NCBI GenBank assembly: GCA_977017575.1
Contig: CDRNVI010000061.1
Span: 1-50,502 of the forward strand
Direction of reading: 5' to 3'
DNA from: Paramoeba atlantica
Taxonomy: Eukaryota; Protista; Discosea
Length of the DNA stretch: 50,502 bases
Under the pieces are notes generated by a model. The model was given only the letters and a program-made list of their open reading frames with translations, was not told where the DNA came from and searched no databases. The translations under genes were made by a program, and so were the position numbers. Shown here in pieces: positions 12,181 through 24,387 of the stretch (position 1 is its first letter; each line of letters begins with the position of its first letter).

Positions 12181-12587
12181 TTTGTAAGACCCTCGTTTTT
12201 TGTAAGACCATCGTCTTTTGTAAGACCATCGTTTTTTGTAAGACCATCGTTTTTTGTAAGACCATCGTTTTTTGTAATCTAATTATAAAAACATGGCGGA
12301 TGCTTCCGGCACGTGTAAGGGGACAGAGGCTTTTGAAACCCTTACGCGCACCAAGCGTAGTCTGGGGGTCATCTTTCGTTCACCCGAGCGAGAGGGGCCA
12401 GCTAAACTCCGCCAGAGGGCGGTGCGAGCGCTCTGTAAGTTTGTCCGCGTTGGGGCTCATCTTCGCGTCGCGTGGAGACACTACAACTGTTGCGAGACTC
12501 TGTTTGTTTGGGAGGGCGAGGTCGTGTGTGAGGGGCCGTCTTATCTTAAAAGCGTAGGCTGGCATACTCAGGGGGGATCCTCGGTAA

Positions 12588-14321
12588 CTCGAGGAACCTT
12601 TGGCCGGTACATTTCGTGTTCCGTACGTGGAGAGGCCGCACACGACTCTCCCCTTTCCCTCCTTACCGAATACAGGTGTCGTGCTCTGCGCGGTGCAGGT
12701 GAGTAACCCGGAAAAGGCAAAACGAAGGAGCTCCCGTCACCGCCCTCGGTCACACTGGGCGTCGCGTGGCACACACGCCCAACGAGATTCGGAGAACCTC
12801 AAAGGTTCCGCTGTGAAGGAGAACACAACCTTTGCAACGCTTAACGTTACGACGTTAAAACTCGAGGGGGAAGATGAATTCTCTATTCGAAGATGCACCC
12901 GTTTGAACGAGGTGCTTGCTTTCATGCAGGTAAGGTGGGTTGTTGTCATGTGCCTAAAGGAGGCAAGATATAATTTCTCGAAGGAAGAACATGAGGATGG
13001 AATCCTCTACAGGCAGGTTGAAAACCTAGGGGATAGGTTTCACCTGTATTTGCAGTCGGCCGCCGCACGCGATTCATATAATGGCATGGCCATAGTGAGC
13101 CGGCATGCGTTTCGGAAGGTTTGGATGGTGAGCAACAGGGTGATGGGAGCTGAGTATCCCCTGGAGGAGGGTACTGGCACTTTGTTCAATGCCTATGCCC
13201 CCATAAGGGACTCCTCAGAAGCCGTTCATGCGGCATTTATGGGTGACTTTGACAAGGCGTGTCGTGAGGTCAAGGCTGAACGGAAACGCAGACCTTTATT
13301 GTTCATGGGGGATTTCAATGCACCGATAACGCTCGTGACAAATCCGAGCATGGATCCCCCAGCGGTCTCTCAGCTGAAAGGCCTCTTGTGCTCCATTAGC
13401 TGCAAGTAAGCACACACCCTCTGCCCGAGCAAGAGGAAATGGACATGTGAGTTGCCGGGCAGGGGGGCGGAGACAAAGGACCGTCGCAACGTAGGAACAG
13501 AGAAGTTGGGGCAGAAGGGGGAAGAAGGAAAGGTGGAAATGGGAAGGAAAGGATCAGAGCCAGAGGGGACGGATAACAACGGTATTGTGAAGAGGGGCAG
13601 GGAAGGTGAGGAAAATGGGGACAAGGCCTGCGGGTACATACATGTAAAAGGAGAGATCGGCAACAAGGGAGGTAGCAAAAGGCGTGGGGACAACAAGGTG
13701 CGGAGACAGCTTGACCACATCATGGTTAGTGAGCGCTTTGCCTCCAGCATTAGGAGGCACAAAGTACTCAAGGCGCCAGTGCCTACAGTACACTGCGTCG
13801 TTATGGCGGATGTGAAAATCAAGTGGCGTTCTAAAGGTACAGGGGGGCAAAGCAAGGTACCCTGCCCAAGACTTGGAGATGAAGAGAAGAAGGCATCCTT
13901 CCAGCAAGCAGTGTGGGAAATGGCGAAGAAAGAGGAAGAGATCACATGGGAACACTTATCGGAAAATATGGTGCACGCAGCGAAAAGACTCTCAAAAAAG
14001 GACCAAACCCCAAAAACGACCAACGCACCTACAGGGACAGAAACCACACCACCGGGTACAGAAACACCGCGCATCTCAGGGTTTCGCGACTTATTTCTTC
14101 AGAGTCGAAAACCGGACCACTTCAAGGAAGTGCTAAAAGAGCACGGAGAAGAAATTGAGGCGCAGATTGGGCAAGAAAGCGCCGAAATTGAAGCAGGTCT
14201 GCGGCGAAACCGTTCTAATCCGTGGCGTACGCTACGTAGAATTTGCCGTTTGTACAGGGAAACTCTTTGCATCCAGACCTCGTCGACAAGGGAAACTCTT
14301 AACATTGTTAAAGATTTCTTT
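12588..14321 (+). pseudogene. LINE-A APE pseudogene, unit 4
   Basis: Same translation and same stop as unit 1. Confidence 0.9.
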
Positions 14322-15506
14322 GGGGGGGTCATGGTCGAGCAATTTTTTTCGAAAAAATTAGTTTTCGAAAAAAAACCGCAGAAAGGGTAGCCGGGGTCTT
14401 GGCGCGCATTTTCCACCCCCCTACCCGGGGGTGACCCCCCCGCGTATCCGCAGAACGGGTCCGCCAAGTTGGGATTTTTTCGGAAAAAAAATTTTGAAAA
14501 AAATTTCAACTTGGCGAAAAAAATGACAAAAAAAATATTTTTCCAAAATCGTTTCCCCTATTGTATTTTGATAGTTTGGGACCTACACTAGCTTTCTCCG
14601 CAGTTGTTTTCGCAAGGTATCCCTTCTTCAAACTGTGGTGCGCCCCTCAAAATGACCCACTTTTGACTAAAAATGGTGAAAAAGTATTTTTCGGACCTAA
14701 AGGGGCATTTTTGGGTCGAAAGAATGGTATGGTTGGAGTCGTATTCTCTACCCAATACGTTCGGTAGGCTTTCATTCATGCCTGCGAGTGATTTCCCACG
14801 CGCAAATGTCGGATTTAGTGCTCTGAGAGCAAAAATATGCGAAAATTACCCCATTTTTACCCGAAATTCGGCAATTTTTGGCTATAATCTTTCCGTTTTC
14901 CAGGCTAAATTTTCTTTTTTAGGCTCTTCGTTAAACGCGGCTGTAGTTTTCAACGCGAAGCGCGCAGCATGAGTGAATTCTAAGTTGAAAACAACCACCG
15001 CGTTTAACGAAGAGCCTAAAAAAGAAAATAGAGATTTGAAGTTTAGAAAGATGCAATTCCATCAATTCTTTCCTTACATGGACGGTTTCCTATTACGTCC
15101 AGTTCTCGCAACCTTACCTCGAAGCACACTCCATGCCTCAGCTTCGCGCTTGAATGCAGGAATGTCTCGCGCTAGATCATTTCCAAGGGATTTCCTTTTG
15201 AGTAAGGCATTTAAGGACCTTTTGCCAATTTTTCTTTTTTAGGCTCTTCGTTAAACGCGGCTGTAGTTTTCAACGCGAAGCGCGCAGCATGAGTGACTTC
15301 TAAGTTGAAAACAACCACCTCGTTTAACGAAGAGCCTAAAAAAGAAAATTATTAATCGAAGCAAAGAGGCAAATGTACACTTAGAAAGCACAAATAACTA
15401 CGTCAATCCATATCTTTTTCGCTACACGATGATGATGCGACTGGGGGTAAGTCTGCCGATGGCGCCGTTAAACATAGTATGCCCGGGATTCTGTGGTCAG
15501 GAAACT

Positions 15507-15920
15507 GCGGGCGTGGTTGGTAGACGGTGGGCCTTACAACCTGCAGGTTGTTGGTTCGATTCCCGCTATCGACAAAACTCGCAACCTGGCGGCCTCACTA
15601 CAAGGGAAAGCGATCAGGAGTGCCTTCAAGGCCCACACCCAACCCCGCTCCCCTGGAGTACCCGACCCAGAACTGCCGAGCTGAACCAGGCTCCAGCGCA
15701 GCCGCTAAATTGCGAGCCGCTTACGCAAAGAAGGCTTGAGACACAGCCCACACGATGCAACGGGGTGGACGCCCGTACTGGTAGCTACGGTTGGGTAGCC
15801 GTGCTCGGGCCGCAAGGCGTCGAGTGCCGTCTGGGAAGGGGGAAGCAAGACGATGAAGGTCGGTGACCTGAGACTCTAACGGTTGGCGCTGCAGAGCCCT
15901 CCGTATCTTCTTCTTCTTCT
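15507..15920 (+). mobile_element. SINE-1, array unit 5
   Basis: Copy of 547-960 at +14960, with one visible SNP near 15749. Confidence 0.85.
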
Positions 15921-16327
15921 TTTGTAAGACCCTCGTTTTTTGTAAGACCATCGTCTTTTGTAAGACCATCGTTTTTTGTAAGACCATCGTTTTTTGTAAG
16001 ACCATCGTTTTTTGTAATCTAATTATAAAAACATGGCGGATGCTTCCGGCACGTGTAAGGGGACAGAGGCTTTTGAAACCCTTACGCGCACCAAGCGTAG
16101 TCTGGGGGTCATCTTTCGTTCACCCGAGCGAGAGGGGCCAGCTAAACTCCGCCAGAGGGCGGTGCGAGCGCTCTGTAAGTTTGTCCGCGTTGGGGCTCAT
16201 CTTCGCGTCGCGTGGAGACACTACAACTGTTGCGAGACTCTGTTTGTTTGGGAGGGCGAGGTCGTGTGTGAGGGGCCGTCTTATCTTAAAAGCGTAGGCT
16301 GGCATACTCAGGGGGGATCCTCGGTAA

Positions 16328-18061
16328 CTCGAGGAACCTTTGGCCGGTACATTTCGTGTTCCGTACGTGGAGAGGCCGCACACGACTCTCCCCTTTCCCT
16401 CCTTACCGAATACAGGTGTCGTGCTCTGCGCGGTGCAGGTGAGTAACCCGGAAAAGGCAAAACGAAGGAGCTCCCGTCACCGCCCTCGGTCACACTGGGC
16501 GTCGCGTGGCACACACGCCCAACGAGATTCGGAGAACCTCAAAGGTTCCGCTGTGAAGGAGAACACAACCTTTGCAACGCTTAACGTTACGACGTTAAAA
16601 CTCGAGGGGGAAGATGAATTCTCTATTCGAAGATGCACCCGTTTGAACGAGGTGCTTGCTTTCATGCAGGTAAGGTGGGTTGTTGTCATGTGCCTAAAGG
16701 AGGCAAGATATAATTTCTCGAAGGAAGAACATGAGGATGGAATCCTCTACAGGCAGGTTGAAAACCTAGGGGATAGGTTTCACCTGTATTTGCAGTCGGC
16801 CGCCGCACGCGATTCATATAATGGCATGGCCATAGTGAGCCGGCATGCGTTTCGGAAGGTTTGGATGGTGAGCAACAGGGTGATGGGAGCTGAGTATCCC
16901 CTGGAGGAGGGTACTGGCACTTTGTTCAATGCCTATGCCCCCATAAGGGACTCCTCAGAAGCCGTTCATGCGGCATTTATGGGTGACTTTGACAAGGCGT
17001 GTCGTGAGGTCAAGGCTGAACGGAAACGCAGACCTTTATTGTTCATGGGGGATTTCAATGCACCGATAACGCTCGTGACAAATCCGAGCATGGATCCCCC
17101 AGCGGTCTCTCAGCTGAAAGGCCTCTTGTGCTCCATTAGCTGCAAGTAAGCACACACCCTCTGCCCGAGCAAGAGGAAATGGACATGTGAGTTGCCGGGC
17201 AGGGGGGCGGAGACAAAGGACCGTCGCAACGTAGGAACAGAGAAGTTGGGGCAGAAGGGGGAAGAAGGAAAGGTGGAAATGGGAAGGAAAGGATCAGAGC
17301 CAGAGGGGACGGATAACAACGGTATTGTGAAGAGGGGCAGGGAAGGTGAGGAAAATGGGGACAAGGCCTGCGGGTACATACATGTAAAAGGAGAGATCGG
17401 CAACAAGGGAGGTAGCAAAAGGCGTGGGGACAACAAGGTGCGGAGACAGCTTGACCACATCATGGTTAGTGAGCGCTTTGCCTCCAGCATTAGGAGGAAC
17501 AAAGTACTCAAGGCGCCAGTGCCTACAGTACACTGCGTCGTTATGGCGGATGTGAAAATCAAGTGGCGTTCTAAAGGTACAGGGGGGCAAAGCAAGGTAC
17601 CCTGCCCAAGACTTGGAGATGAAGAGAAGAAGGCATCCTTCCAGCAAGCAGTGTGGGAAATGGCGAAGAAAGAGGAAGAGATCACATGGGAACACTTATC
17701 GGAAAATATGGTGCACGCAGCGAAAAGACTCTCAAAAAAGGACCAAACCCCAAAAACGACCAACGCACCTACAGGGACAGAAACCACACCACCGGGTACA
17801 GAAACACCGCGCATCTCAGGGTTTCGCGACTTATTTCTTCAGAGTCGAAAACCGGACCACTTCAAGGAAGTGCTAAAAGAGCACGGAGAAGAAATTGAGG
17901 CGCAGATTGGGCAAGAAAGCGCCGAAATTGAAGCAGGTCTGCGGCGAAACCGTTCTAATCCGTGGCGTACGCTACGTAGAATTTGCCGTTTGTACAGGGA
18001 AACTCTTTGCATCCAGACCTCGTCGACAAGGGAAACTCTTAACATTGTTAAAGATTTCTTT
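16328..18061 (+). pseudogene. LINE-A APE pseudogene, unit 5
   Basis: Same stop as unit 1; RRH changes to RRN at ~17498. Confidence 0.9.
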
Positions 18062-19096
18062 GGGGGGGTCATGGTCGAGCAATTTTTTTCGAAAAAATTA
18101 GTTTTCGAAAAAAAACCGCAGAAAGGGTAGCCGGGGTCTTGGCGCGCATTTTCCACCCCCCTACCCGGGGGTGACCACCCCGCGTATCCGCAGAACGGGT
18201 CCGCCAAGTTGGGATTTTTTCGGAAAAAAAATTTTGAAAAAAATTTCAACTTGGCGAAAAAAATGACAAAAAAAATATTTTTCCAAAATCGTTTCCCCTA
18301 TTGTATTTTGATAGTTTGGGACCTACACTAGCTTTCTCCGCAGTTGTTTTCGCAAGGTATCCCTTCTTCGAATTGTGGTGCGCCCCTCAAAATGACCCAC
18401 TTTTGACTAAAAATGGTGAAAAAGTATTTTTCGGACCTAAAGGGGCATTTTTGGGTCGAAAGAATGGTATGGTTGGAGTCGTATTCTCTACCCAATACGT
18501 TCGGTAGGCTTTCATTCATGCCTGCGAGTGATTTCCCACGCGCAAATGTCGGATTTAGTGCTCTGAGAGCAAAAATATGCGAAAATTACCCCATTTTTAC
18601 CCGAAATTCGGCAATTTTTGGCTATAATCTTTCCGTTTTCCAGGCTAAATTTTCTTTTTTAGGCTCTTCGTTAAACGCGGCTGTAGTTTTGCGAAAACAA
18701 CTGCGGAGCGCGCAGCATGAGTGAATTCTAAGTTGAAAACAACCACCGCGTTTAACGAAGAGCCTAAAAAAGAAAATAGAGATTTGAAGTTTAGAAAGAT
18801 GCAATTCCATCAATTCTTTCCTTACATGGACGGTTTCCTATTACGTCCAGTTCTCGCAACCTTACATCGAAGCACACTCCATGCCTCAGCTTCGCGCTTG
18901 AATGCAGGAATGTCTCGCGCTAGATCATTTCCAAGGGATTTCCTTTTGAGTAAGGCATTTAAGGACCTTTTGCCAATTTTTCTTTTTTAGGCTCTTCGTT
19001 AAACGCGGCTGTAGTTTTCAACGCGAAGCGCGCAGCATGAGTGACTTCTAAGTTGAAAACAACCACCTCGTTTAACGAAGAGCCTAAAAAAGGAAA

Positions 19097-19750
19097 TTAT
19101 TAATCGAAGCAAAGAGGCAAATGTACACTTAGAAAGCACAAATAACTACGTCAATCCATATCTTTTTCGCTACACGATGATGATGCGACTGGGGGTAAGT
19201 CTGCCGATGGCGCCGTTAAACATAGTATGCCCGGGATTCTGTGGTCAGGAAACTTCATTCAGCATTATTCCACACATCGAGGGATGCTCCAGATGCTCCT
19301 ATATGAATTTCACTTTTAAGCACTCCCACATCGTTCGTTACCTAGCAGATTTGTGCTCAAAAGCAGGACTATGGTGTGTTATCGAACCCCGTATACATTC
19401 TTCTTTCTATTGTACGAAATGCAAGTGCTCGATCTCTGCGGAGGTTGCCGACCAACATCCATGCAAAGCTAGACGAATTCGACCCGGCCCAGACATCGCC
19501 ACCATGTGGCCTCACATGGGAGAAGTCCTCTATGATTTTACTGTAGTTCACACTGTTGCAGCAGTTATGCACAGCAAACAACCAGTTATTTGTTGCAACA
19601 AGCCCAAGATAGAAAGTTCAAGAAGTACGTGACAGAGAAAGGCGTGGACAGTGACTCTTTTCGTTGCATTGCCGTGACAGACTGCGGTGTGTTACACAAC
19701 GACACGAAACACCTTTTAAAAGCGTTGTCACAGCGTGCAAACCAAAAATG
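19097..19750 (+). pseudogene. C-terminal zinc knuckle plus restriction-like endonuclease of an RLE-type (CRE/NeSL/R2-group) non-LTR retrotransposon
   Basis: MRLG, then C-x3-C-x10-H-x3-C, KH (RH-like), EP, RPGPDI (PD) and YDFTVVH (D). After a 1-nt frameshift near 19563: QDRKFKKY and FRCIAVTDCGVL. This is the motif order of retroelement PD-(D/E)xK nucleases. The right boundary is approximate. Confidence 0.8.
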
Positions 19751-19751
19751 T

Positions 19752-20072
19752 GTCACTTGGAGAGTGATACTACAGATACCCATACCCAAGAAAGGAAATC
19801 TCACTGATATTTCGAACTGGAGGCCAATATGCGTCGTGAACAGCGTTGTCAAGGTGATGAATTACATGATTCTATCACGCATTCGGCCAAGCGTAGAAGG
19901 TTTCTTACGTGGTAATCAGTATGGTTTTCGGCCAAACAGATGTACAGCTGGCGCCCAAATTATTATGAATGAGATTAAAACCAAGGCTTTTCGAAAGGAT
20001 GGAATTACGGTAGCCTTTGTAGATTTCTCTAAATCTTTCCCCTCTGTATCTTTCGCCGCCATAAAAGCCTGA
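19752..20072 (+). pseudogene. N-terminal RT fragment of the APE-type LINE family, fused in frame to the RLE fragment
   Basis: WRVILQIPIPKKGNL..NWRPI..NQYGFRPNRCT..FVDFSKSFPS aligns by eye with LINE-B and LINE-C RT. Confidence 0.88.
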
Positions 20073-20101
20073 CTAACTTCTTTCCGAGTAGGCGATAGAT
20101 T

Positions 20102-20597
20102 GCGGTGGTTGTAAAACTACCGCTCTACACTCGATTATTGAAAAAAAAGTGAACAAAAACAGTGAAAATATAAAGGGGAACACAGTAATATAATAGAAGA
20201 AAAAAATATAAAAGGGGGCTCCGGTGGTCCAAAACTGAAAAACAAATTTGAAAAAAATGGGGGGTCCATGGGGGGGGTCCAGGGGGGGCGTCCAGGGGGG
20301 GTCCATGGGGGGGTCCAGGGGGGGGGTCCAGGGGGGAGGGTCATGGTCGAGCAAATTTTTTCGAAAAAATTAGTTTTCGAAAAAAAACCGCAGAAAGGGT
20401 AGCCGGGGTCTTGGCGCGCATTTTCCACCCTCCTACCCGGGGGTGACCCCCCCGCGTATCCGCAGGACGGGTCCGCCAAGTTCGGATTCTTTCGGAAAAA
20501 TTTTTTTGAAAAAAATTTCAACTGCGATTTCTTTTTTAGGCTCTTCGTTAAATGCGGTGGTAGTTTTCAACTCGAAGAGCGCAGCATGAGTGACTTA
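20102..20597 (+). mobile_element. Element S, internally deleted copy (intact 5' end, expanded G-tracts, left half of hairpin H only)
   Basis: Starts GCGGTGGTTGTAAAACTACCGC and follows S to ~20523. It then jumps to the left arm and loop of H (20528-20597). Confidence 0.8.
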
Positions 20598-20888
20598 TTG
20601 ATAGTTTTATAGTTTCTGCAAACCCTGGAAAAAAGAATTACACCGCCAGAAAATGCTACAAAAAAGGGCTGTACGTAATGGGCTAAAGTGCTTTGTGCTA
20701 AAATCGCGTCTTTCTGATATTGGTTGAGTTTTTTTGATTCTAATTTCGATCTTTTTTGATGGTTTTGGCTAGTCTTTATTTTTACGTTTTTCAAGAGTTT
20801 CAATTTATTGGGCTTAACGAATCTTCTAAACCCCATTTTTATTCGTTTTAAAATATTTTTCCAAAATTGTTTCACCTATTGTATTTTG

Positions 20889-21140
20889 ATAACAATTTTT
20901 ATTAAGATAACAATTTTTATTAAGATAACAATTTTTATTAAGATAACAATTTTTATTAAGATAACAATTTTTATTAAGATAACAATTTTTATTAAGATAA
21001 CAATTTTTATTAAGATAACAATTTTTATTAAGATAACAATTTTTATTAAGATAACAATTTTTATTAAGATAACAATTTTTATTAAGATAACAATTTTTAT
21101 TAAGATAACAATTTTTATTAAGATAACAATTTTTATTAAT
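20889..21140. repeat. 18-bp minisatellite (ATAACAATTTTTATTAAG) x14
   Basis: Exact 18-bp period from 20889 to 21123; the last unit ends in AT. It explains the spurious KITIFI/NKNCYL/IKIVIL ORFs. Confidence 0.97.
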
Positions 21141-21224
21141 GGCAATTAATAATAATTGGGCGGAGGCGTCCGGACCTTTTGGGGGCTTCTTGGCGGTCAA
21201 AGTACAACTATACCGCAGATTATT

Positions 21225-22175
21225 GCGGTGGTTGTAAAACTACCGCTCTACACTCGATTATTGAAAAAAAAGTGAACAAAAACAGTGAAAATATAAAGGG
21301 GAACACAGTAATATAATAGAAGAAAAAAATATAAAAGGGGGCTCCGGTGGTCCAAAACTGAAAAACAAATTAAAAAAATATAAAAGGGGGCTCCGGTGGT
21401 CCAAAACTGAAAAAAAATTTTGAAAAAAATGGGGGGTCCATGGGGGGGTCCAGGGGGGGGGTCCAGGGGGGAGGGTCATGGTCGAGCTAATTTTTTCGAA
21501 AAAATTAGTTTTCGAAAAAAAACCGCAGAAAGGGTAGCCGGGGTCTTGGCGCGCATTTTCCACCCCCCTACCCGGGGGTGACCCCCCCGCGTATCCGCAG
21601 GACGGGTCCGCCAAGTTCGAATTTTTTCAGAAAATTTTTTTTGAAAAAAATTTCAACTTGGCGAAAAAAATGACAAAAAAAATATTTTTCCAAAATGGTT
21701 TCCCCTATTGTATTTTGATTGTTTGGGGCCTACACTAGCTTTATCCGCAGTTGTTTTCGCAAGGTATCACTTCTTCGAATTGTGGTGCGCCCCCCAAAAT
21801 GACCCATTTTTGACTAAAAAAGGTGAAAAAGTATTTTTCGGACCTAAAGGGGCATTTTTGTGTCGAAAGAATGGTATGGTTGGAGTCGCATTCTCTACCC
21901 AATACGTTCGGTAGGCTTTCATTCATGCCTGCGAGTGATTTCCCACGCGCAAATGTCGGATTTAGTGCTCTGAGAGCAAAAATATGCGAAAATTACCCCA
22001 TTTGTACCCGAAATTCGGCTATTTTTGGCTATAATCTTTCCGTTTTCCAGGCTAAATTTTCTTTTTTAGGCTCTTCGTTAAACGCGGCGGTAGTTTTCAA
22101 CGCGAAGCGCGCAGCATGAGTGAATTCTAAGTTGAAAACAACCACCGCGTTTAACGAAGAGCCTAAAAAAGAAAA
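21225..22175 (+). mobile_element. Element S, full length (~951 bp), non-autonomous and Helitron2/Helentron-like
   Basis: 5' 22-nt hairpin, G-tract array, GC-rich core and 3' 119-bp hairpin (22057-22175). Collinear with the inverted copy at 27507-28456. Confidence 0.75.
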
Positions 22176-22705
22176 TAGAGATTTGAAGGGCACAATTACC
22201 ACAGGGATCCTACAAGGGGATGTGCTAGCTCCCTATTTATTTGTTATGGTGATGGACAGGATTCTAAACAAGGCTCTCGATGACGGATCGGACGGCGTTC
22301 TTCTGAACTCTAGTGGGACAAGAAAGAGAGGCCTCCACGAAAAATGGCTAAGTGATATCGATTATGCCGACGACGTAGCACTCTTCAGTGATTCGCGAGA
22401 AAGGTTGCAAAAAATGATAACCAGCATTTCTCGAGAAGCAGAGAAAGCTAATCTACGACTTGCGGTTGGTCAATCCAAAACAGCTTGGATGTCTTTTGGT
22501 AAAGTTACGCGTTCCGACAACAACACCATCATTAACGGCAACTTGGAAGTACCGAAAGTGCATTCATATAGGTGTCTAGGGCAACGACAAGACCAAGATT
22601 TTTCTTCTACAGTAAAGGGTCGCTTAAAACTTGCATGGGGGTCACTTCATCGTTTGAATGGAATATTGTCTTCTCCCCTTACTGCTGAAATGAAGCTTCG
22701 CCTTT

Positions 22706-23113
22706 CCAAATACAATCCAAATCACTCCGGATTGCTCCGGATGGTCACTGGCAAGCCAGACCCTTCACAGACAGATTTGGAGGTTCCGAGGCCGACGTCC
22801 TCTACCAGTTTCCGCTTTCCCAAGGCGGCACCAACGTGATGTTGCCAACACGCTGCGTCGACGAATTGTACGTCAACACGGCTTGCCCAAGAGGTGTAAG
22901 CCGGGTAAGGGAGCTGGTTCCCTGAGGGGAGGGTCCGGGACGGTCCTCCGAGTACTGGGCCTAGTCGGTTCTCAGCCCAGCCTCTTAGAGTGAGGCCGCC
23001 AGGAATATTGCGATGAGCGGGTTTGAACTCGCCATCTGAGCACCATGTGCTTCAAACTTTGAATTCTTGCCACTCCGCCACCTCCGCCCACTCCGCCACC
23101 TCCGCCCTCACTT
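22706..23113 (-). mobile_element. SINE-2 (class II tRNA-like head), 408 bp, 12-bp TSD
   Basis: AGCTTCGCCTTT at 22694-22705 and 23114-23125. The minus strand has A box TGGCGGAGTGG and B box GAGTTCAAACC, and the first 18 nt of the head are duplicated. Confidence 0.9.
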
Positions 23114-23957
23114 AGCTTCGCCTTTACAACGCCTTAGTTTACCCAGTTTTGAATTTTGGTATGGGGGCGCTTCATATTTCACAAAAGTTGCTTCGTAAAA
23201 TTGATATTGAGGTGAACACGATGCGAAGAATTATTTCCCGCTCGAACAAAGTTGATGAATATGGTGTTTGTTATCACAACGCCTCCCTCAATATTAATAC
23301 TGCAAAGTTTTCTACAACACATAAGGTACAACGGGCAAAACTCATGGGGCATATGATTCGTCATTCCTCCTACTTCCGCGAATTAATTCAGTGGAAAGCA
23401 CGTATTAATGCGAGATTACCTTCTCCAAGCGAGGCTTGCATTAAAGATATGGGCATTACAATAGAGCAGGCGTTAATCTATGCCACGGACCGCGAGCATT
23501 GGTTTAAACTTACAGAGCAACTTCTGGAAAACTTGGAACCATCTATAAGTTACGTAAAATCTGGGACACCAAAATGGAAAACAGCATTTTCGAAAGCGAA
23601 AAAGCTTAAGGACCTACATGATTTTCAATTTATTGAAGAATCAGAAGAAACCTTCCCCACTTTAAAAGCTATGCAAATATATACTGACGGTTCTATAAAG
23701 AGTATGATACAATCTCAAGAAATTCGCAGTGGTGCAGGGATTGTGGTCATACCTCCGAAAAAAGAACCAATTAGATGCTCAATACCGCTAGAAGTTACGA
23801 CAATTGAGAGAGCAGAACTTCAATCTTTTTATTTGGCTCTGGGTAAATTACCTGAAAAATCTTGCGTTTGTTTATTTCACACTGATTCGAATTATGTCTG
23901 GGAGTTTTTTCACAATTTGCGCCATAAACGGCGTGTAGTGGGATACAATGGAATAAA

Positions 23958-24387
23958 GAAGAAGAAGAAGAAGACACGGAGGGCTCTGCATCGCCAACCG
24001 TTAGGGTAGAGTCTCAGGTCACCGACCTTCATTGTCTTGCTACCCCCTTCCCAGACGGCACTCGACGCCTTGCGGCCCGAGCACGGCTACCCAACCGTAG
24101 CTACCAGTACGGGCGTCCACCCCGTTGCATCGTGTAGGCTGTGTCTCAAGCCTCCTTTGCATAGTCAGCTCGCATTTTAGCGGCTGCGCTGGAGCCTGGT
24201 TCAGCTCGGCGGTCCCGGGTCGGTCCTCCAGTGGAGCGGTGTTGGGTGTGGGCCTTGAAGGCACTCCTGATCGCTTTCCCTTTGAAGTGAGGCCGCCAGG
24301 TTGCGAGTTTTGTCGATAGCGGGAATCGAACCAACAACCTGCAGGTTGTAAGGGCCACCGTCTAATAACTACGCCCGCACCGCTCCA
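23958..24387 (-). mobile_element. SINE-1, full length (430 bp), 11-bp TSD
   Basis: AATGGAATAAA at 23947-23957 and 24388-24398. B box GGTTCGATTCC and a (TCT)n tail; inserted in the LINE-E RNase H domain. Confidence 0.92.

Larger units (their letters stand above)
1..19254. repeat. 3740-bp tandem array (5 full units counted from 547, plus a partial unit at the left edge)
   Basis: Every ORF recurs at +3740 (1380, 5120, 8860, 12600, 16340). Units differ by a few SNPs, and an 8-bp net insertion lies at ~18691. Homology stops after ...caggaaact at 19254. The left end is outside the window. Confidence 0.98.

Noticed and set aside
20259-20343. Telomeric repeat
   Set aside because: The G-tracts are irregular, internal to element S and not a regular terminal array.
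20889-21140. Common origin of the two 18-bp minisatellites (961-1057 and 20889-21140)
   Set aside because: They share only TTTTT..TAAGA, which is not significant in AT-rich sequence.
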